Shown piece after piece: positions 61,601-64,000 of a DNA stretch of 64,000 bases; positions within the stretch are counted from its first letter, which is position 1; every line of letters starts with the position of its first letter. The DNA is from Phoronis australis (Eukaryota > Animalia > Phoronida): contig NMRA01000183.1 of NCBI GenBank assembly GCA_002633005.1, positions 14,426 to 78,425 of the forward strand. The letters are read 5' to 3'. Made by a program: the position numbers and the translations under genes. The notes under the pieces are model-generated. The model saw only the letters and a program-made list of their open reading frames with translations. It ran no database searches and had not been told where the DNA came from.

Positions 61601-64000
61601 CGGCCCTGTACGGTCACAGATTGGACGGTGGTCTATTTTAACTGTTGCCGCGTAATTTTTTAAAAGCGTAGGTCACGCTTACTCGTTTAACATACTTAAG
61701 AGTTTTTAATGAAATTTCCTACAAAGTTTTTAGGTATGTCGAGGGTAATACAAAGCATTGTTTTGTTTTAGATAACTGGGTGGGAGAGTCGTTTTTATCA
61801 CCTGTTGATAGGAAAAAACCGGGATTTTGTTTTCTTTTAAAATCAGACGTCCCTTTATTCAAATATAAGGCCTTATAAAGGGAAATTTAAGTGCGTAACG
61901 CACTGTTGTTTTAAATTCATAAGGGCAGTGAGAAGTCAAGTCATCACTACTAGACACTGGTACGGTGGTCTGTACAGGACATTTTTAAAAACGTTTTTGG
62001 TACTTTCCACCCAGACGAAAAATACTTTCTACTTGGGTAAAAGTTAGATGCAGAAAATCGTAAACAAGGATTTCTGAAGTGCAAGTTTAAATCCAGTCAG
62101 TTATAATTTCTAACAAATTATACTTCGGGAACGAATTGGAATTCACCGTAACACGAATGTTCTAAAAGAGTCTTGGGGGAGTCCTTCTAAATCCCCCTTG
62201 GGTTGTCTCGCTTTCCGTAGGCTCCAGGGAGCATATATCTGCGCGAGAGCCAAGAAATTATATGTAGTGTATTGCGGATTTCTTAAGCTTTTCAACTATT
62301 TGATGAGGTATGTTCTTTGCTTTTCATTTATGTAGTACTGTAAAGCAGCCCTTCATTAGCCCCCCCCCCCTGGGTTGAAAACAACCGTACTATATGTTCG
62401 ACAGCTTGGTAGTCGCACATATTCTTTGTAGATTAGTTCGTTCCCATATTCCAACCGACATTACAAACAAGCTATATGTCGAAAGCACATGTCTCATCCT
62501 CGGGTATATGGTAAAATGAACATGGTGGAAGGGAAATAAAAAGTGTAATGAATCGTGACAGCAGGTAAGCAAAGGCATACAAGTACAGAATGTGAGTGTA
62601 ACATACGGTAGGAAGTATAACGGAACAGAACCAGCGTGTGGTAAACACTTACGACTTGCTCACTTAGGCTAGCTCAGACTTTTTCATAGATGATTAACAG
62701 AGGCTTCAAAATGTTTGACAGAACTGGGACATTTTCTATATAACGTATAGTGGTTACATCGACAATTGTTTTCCAATTTTCGGCCATGTTGGTGTAGAAA
62801 ATGGTACTGCTTTATTGATTGCACAAACCCCGCAAAGGAAAGATTGCGACCAGTACGTAAGTGGCCAGATGTAACGTTGAATTCAAATGTCATACGTATA
62901 GAGGAATGAGCTGGTCTGATTACATGTATGTTCCCATTTATGCGTATTGACTGTGCAGCGTAACTCGGCGGGAAAACCACTTTTTTACGTGCATAATCTT
63001 CAGCTACCTCTTCTTGAGAAAAGAGCTTTTTGGAAAAGTGAAATTTGATGAAAAACTGGGTTTCCTAATCCTTCCACCATCAATGTAGTAAGCGGTGCAA
63101 ATAATATTGCGAATGTATCGAAGCCTCACTGCTTTAGTTCTGTTCCTAGTTTCAATTTTTGGTCTTTTTATTGTGATGATTGTTTTGCCAATGATATTAA
63201 AGTATTAAAACAGGAAGTGGCTCATGTTGTCAGTCAATTGGATAAAAATAAATCTTATGTCATAAAAGATGGTATTTAGGCTATAATGACTATTTGATAT
63301 TTGCTTCTCCTGTCGTAAATGATTTAAATTATTGAGCTATTGCTTTACAACTTTTTTCGTTCATTGTTTATGTTGTGACACCTTATTTATCCTCTTATAG
63401 TCGGTACAATCCGAACTACCGGCGTCGTTAATTGTGACACAGCTTGGTTTGAACTATGGTGATATTCCTTCCGCTGCCCATAGTCATGTATAGTTTGTTC
63501 AACAAATGGCCAACTTTGGCACATCTCAGAACTGGCTCATTGGATTTACATGACATTTTCACATAACATGCATACGCTGTAAGTAATATTGTTTTTAACT
63601 TGCCGCGTTCCATTTAGGGCAATCAAAATATAAGTCACTTTGCGATTAAGAAAAAGAAAAAAAAAACAAAAACAAAAGTAGCATAAAACGAAAAACAAAA
63701 TGGTAATTAGGAAAACTGCCAACAACTATTTTTGAGATTTCATCATGATCGAACATAGGCTATATACCGAAGGACATGTGGTTTAATTGAGTTAGGATAT
63801 GCCTGTCTTAAATTTTACTGAAAAGGGACACGGCCACGTGATCCAAATAATAGCAGATTAAAATGAAGTCAAAGATCTAATTCTACAGGACTTATACTTA
63901 CACAAATATGTACTTATACTTTGTAGGTACTTGGCTAATTAGCACCGACAACTGAGTTGATAAGCTAGGTCCTACAAAACGTTCAGTGACTCGAAGTCTG

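Noticed and set aside
62390-63300. Old LINE C-terminal fragments
   Set aside because: Only faint resemblance (HFLF, ENNCRCNHY). Too decayed to support without a search.

Overview
Eukaryotic, AT-rich, repeat-laden invertebrate scaffold, probably lophotrochozoan (inferred from gene and repeat content only). It holds two intact single-ORF host genes: an ITIH-like VIT+vWA protein with a GPI-like tail (25906-28074, +) and a divergent TRPV-like channel (35644-37557, -). A decayed tandem paralog of the channel lies at 52316-54361. The most notable object is a ~10.3 kb decayed Gypsy/Metaviridae provirus (41567-~51880) inserted in the 3' flank of that paralog. It carries gag with a -1 frameshift signal, pol, a class-I-fusion (F-type) env with a splice acceptor, and a further post-env ORF. 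Its env is split by a nested solo LTR. The internal region plus 3' LTR is inverted relative to the left LTR, giving a ~760 bp hairpin. The rest is TE debris (Kolobok-like THAP/KolX, Academ-like, RNase H LINE, RTE, CR1, hAT, Harbinger-type MITEs), minisatellites, and two probable false duplications around single Ns. All calls come from reading the sequence by eye; no searches were run and boundaries of decayed elements are approximate.
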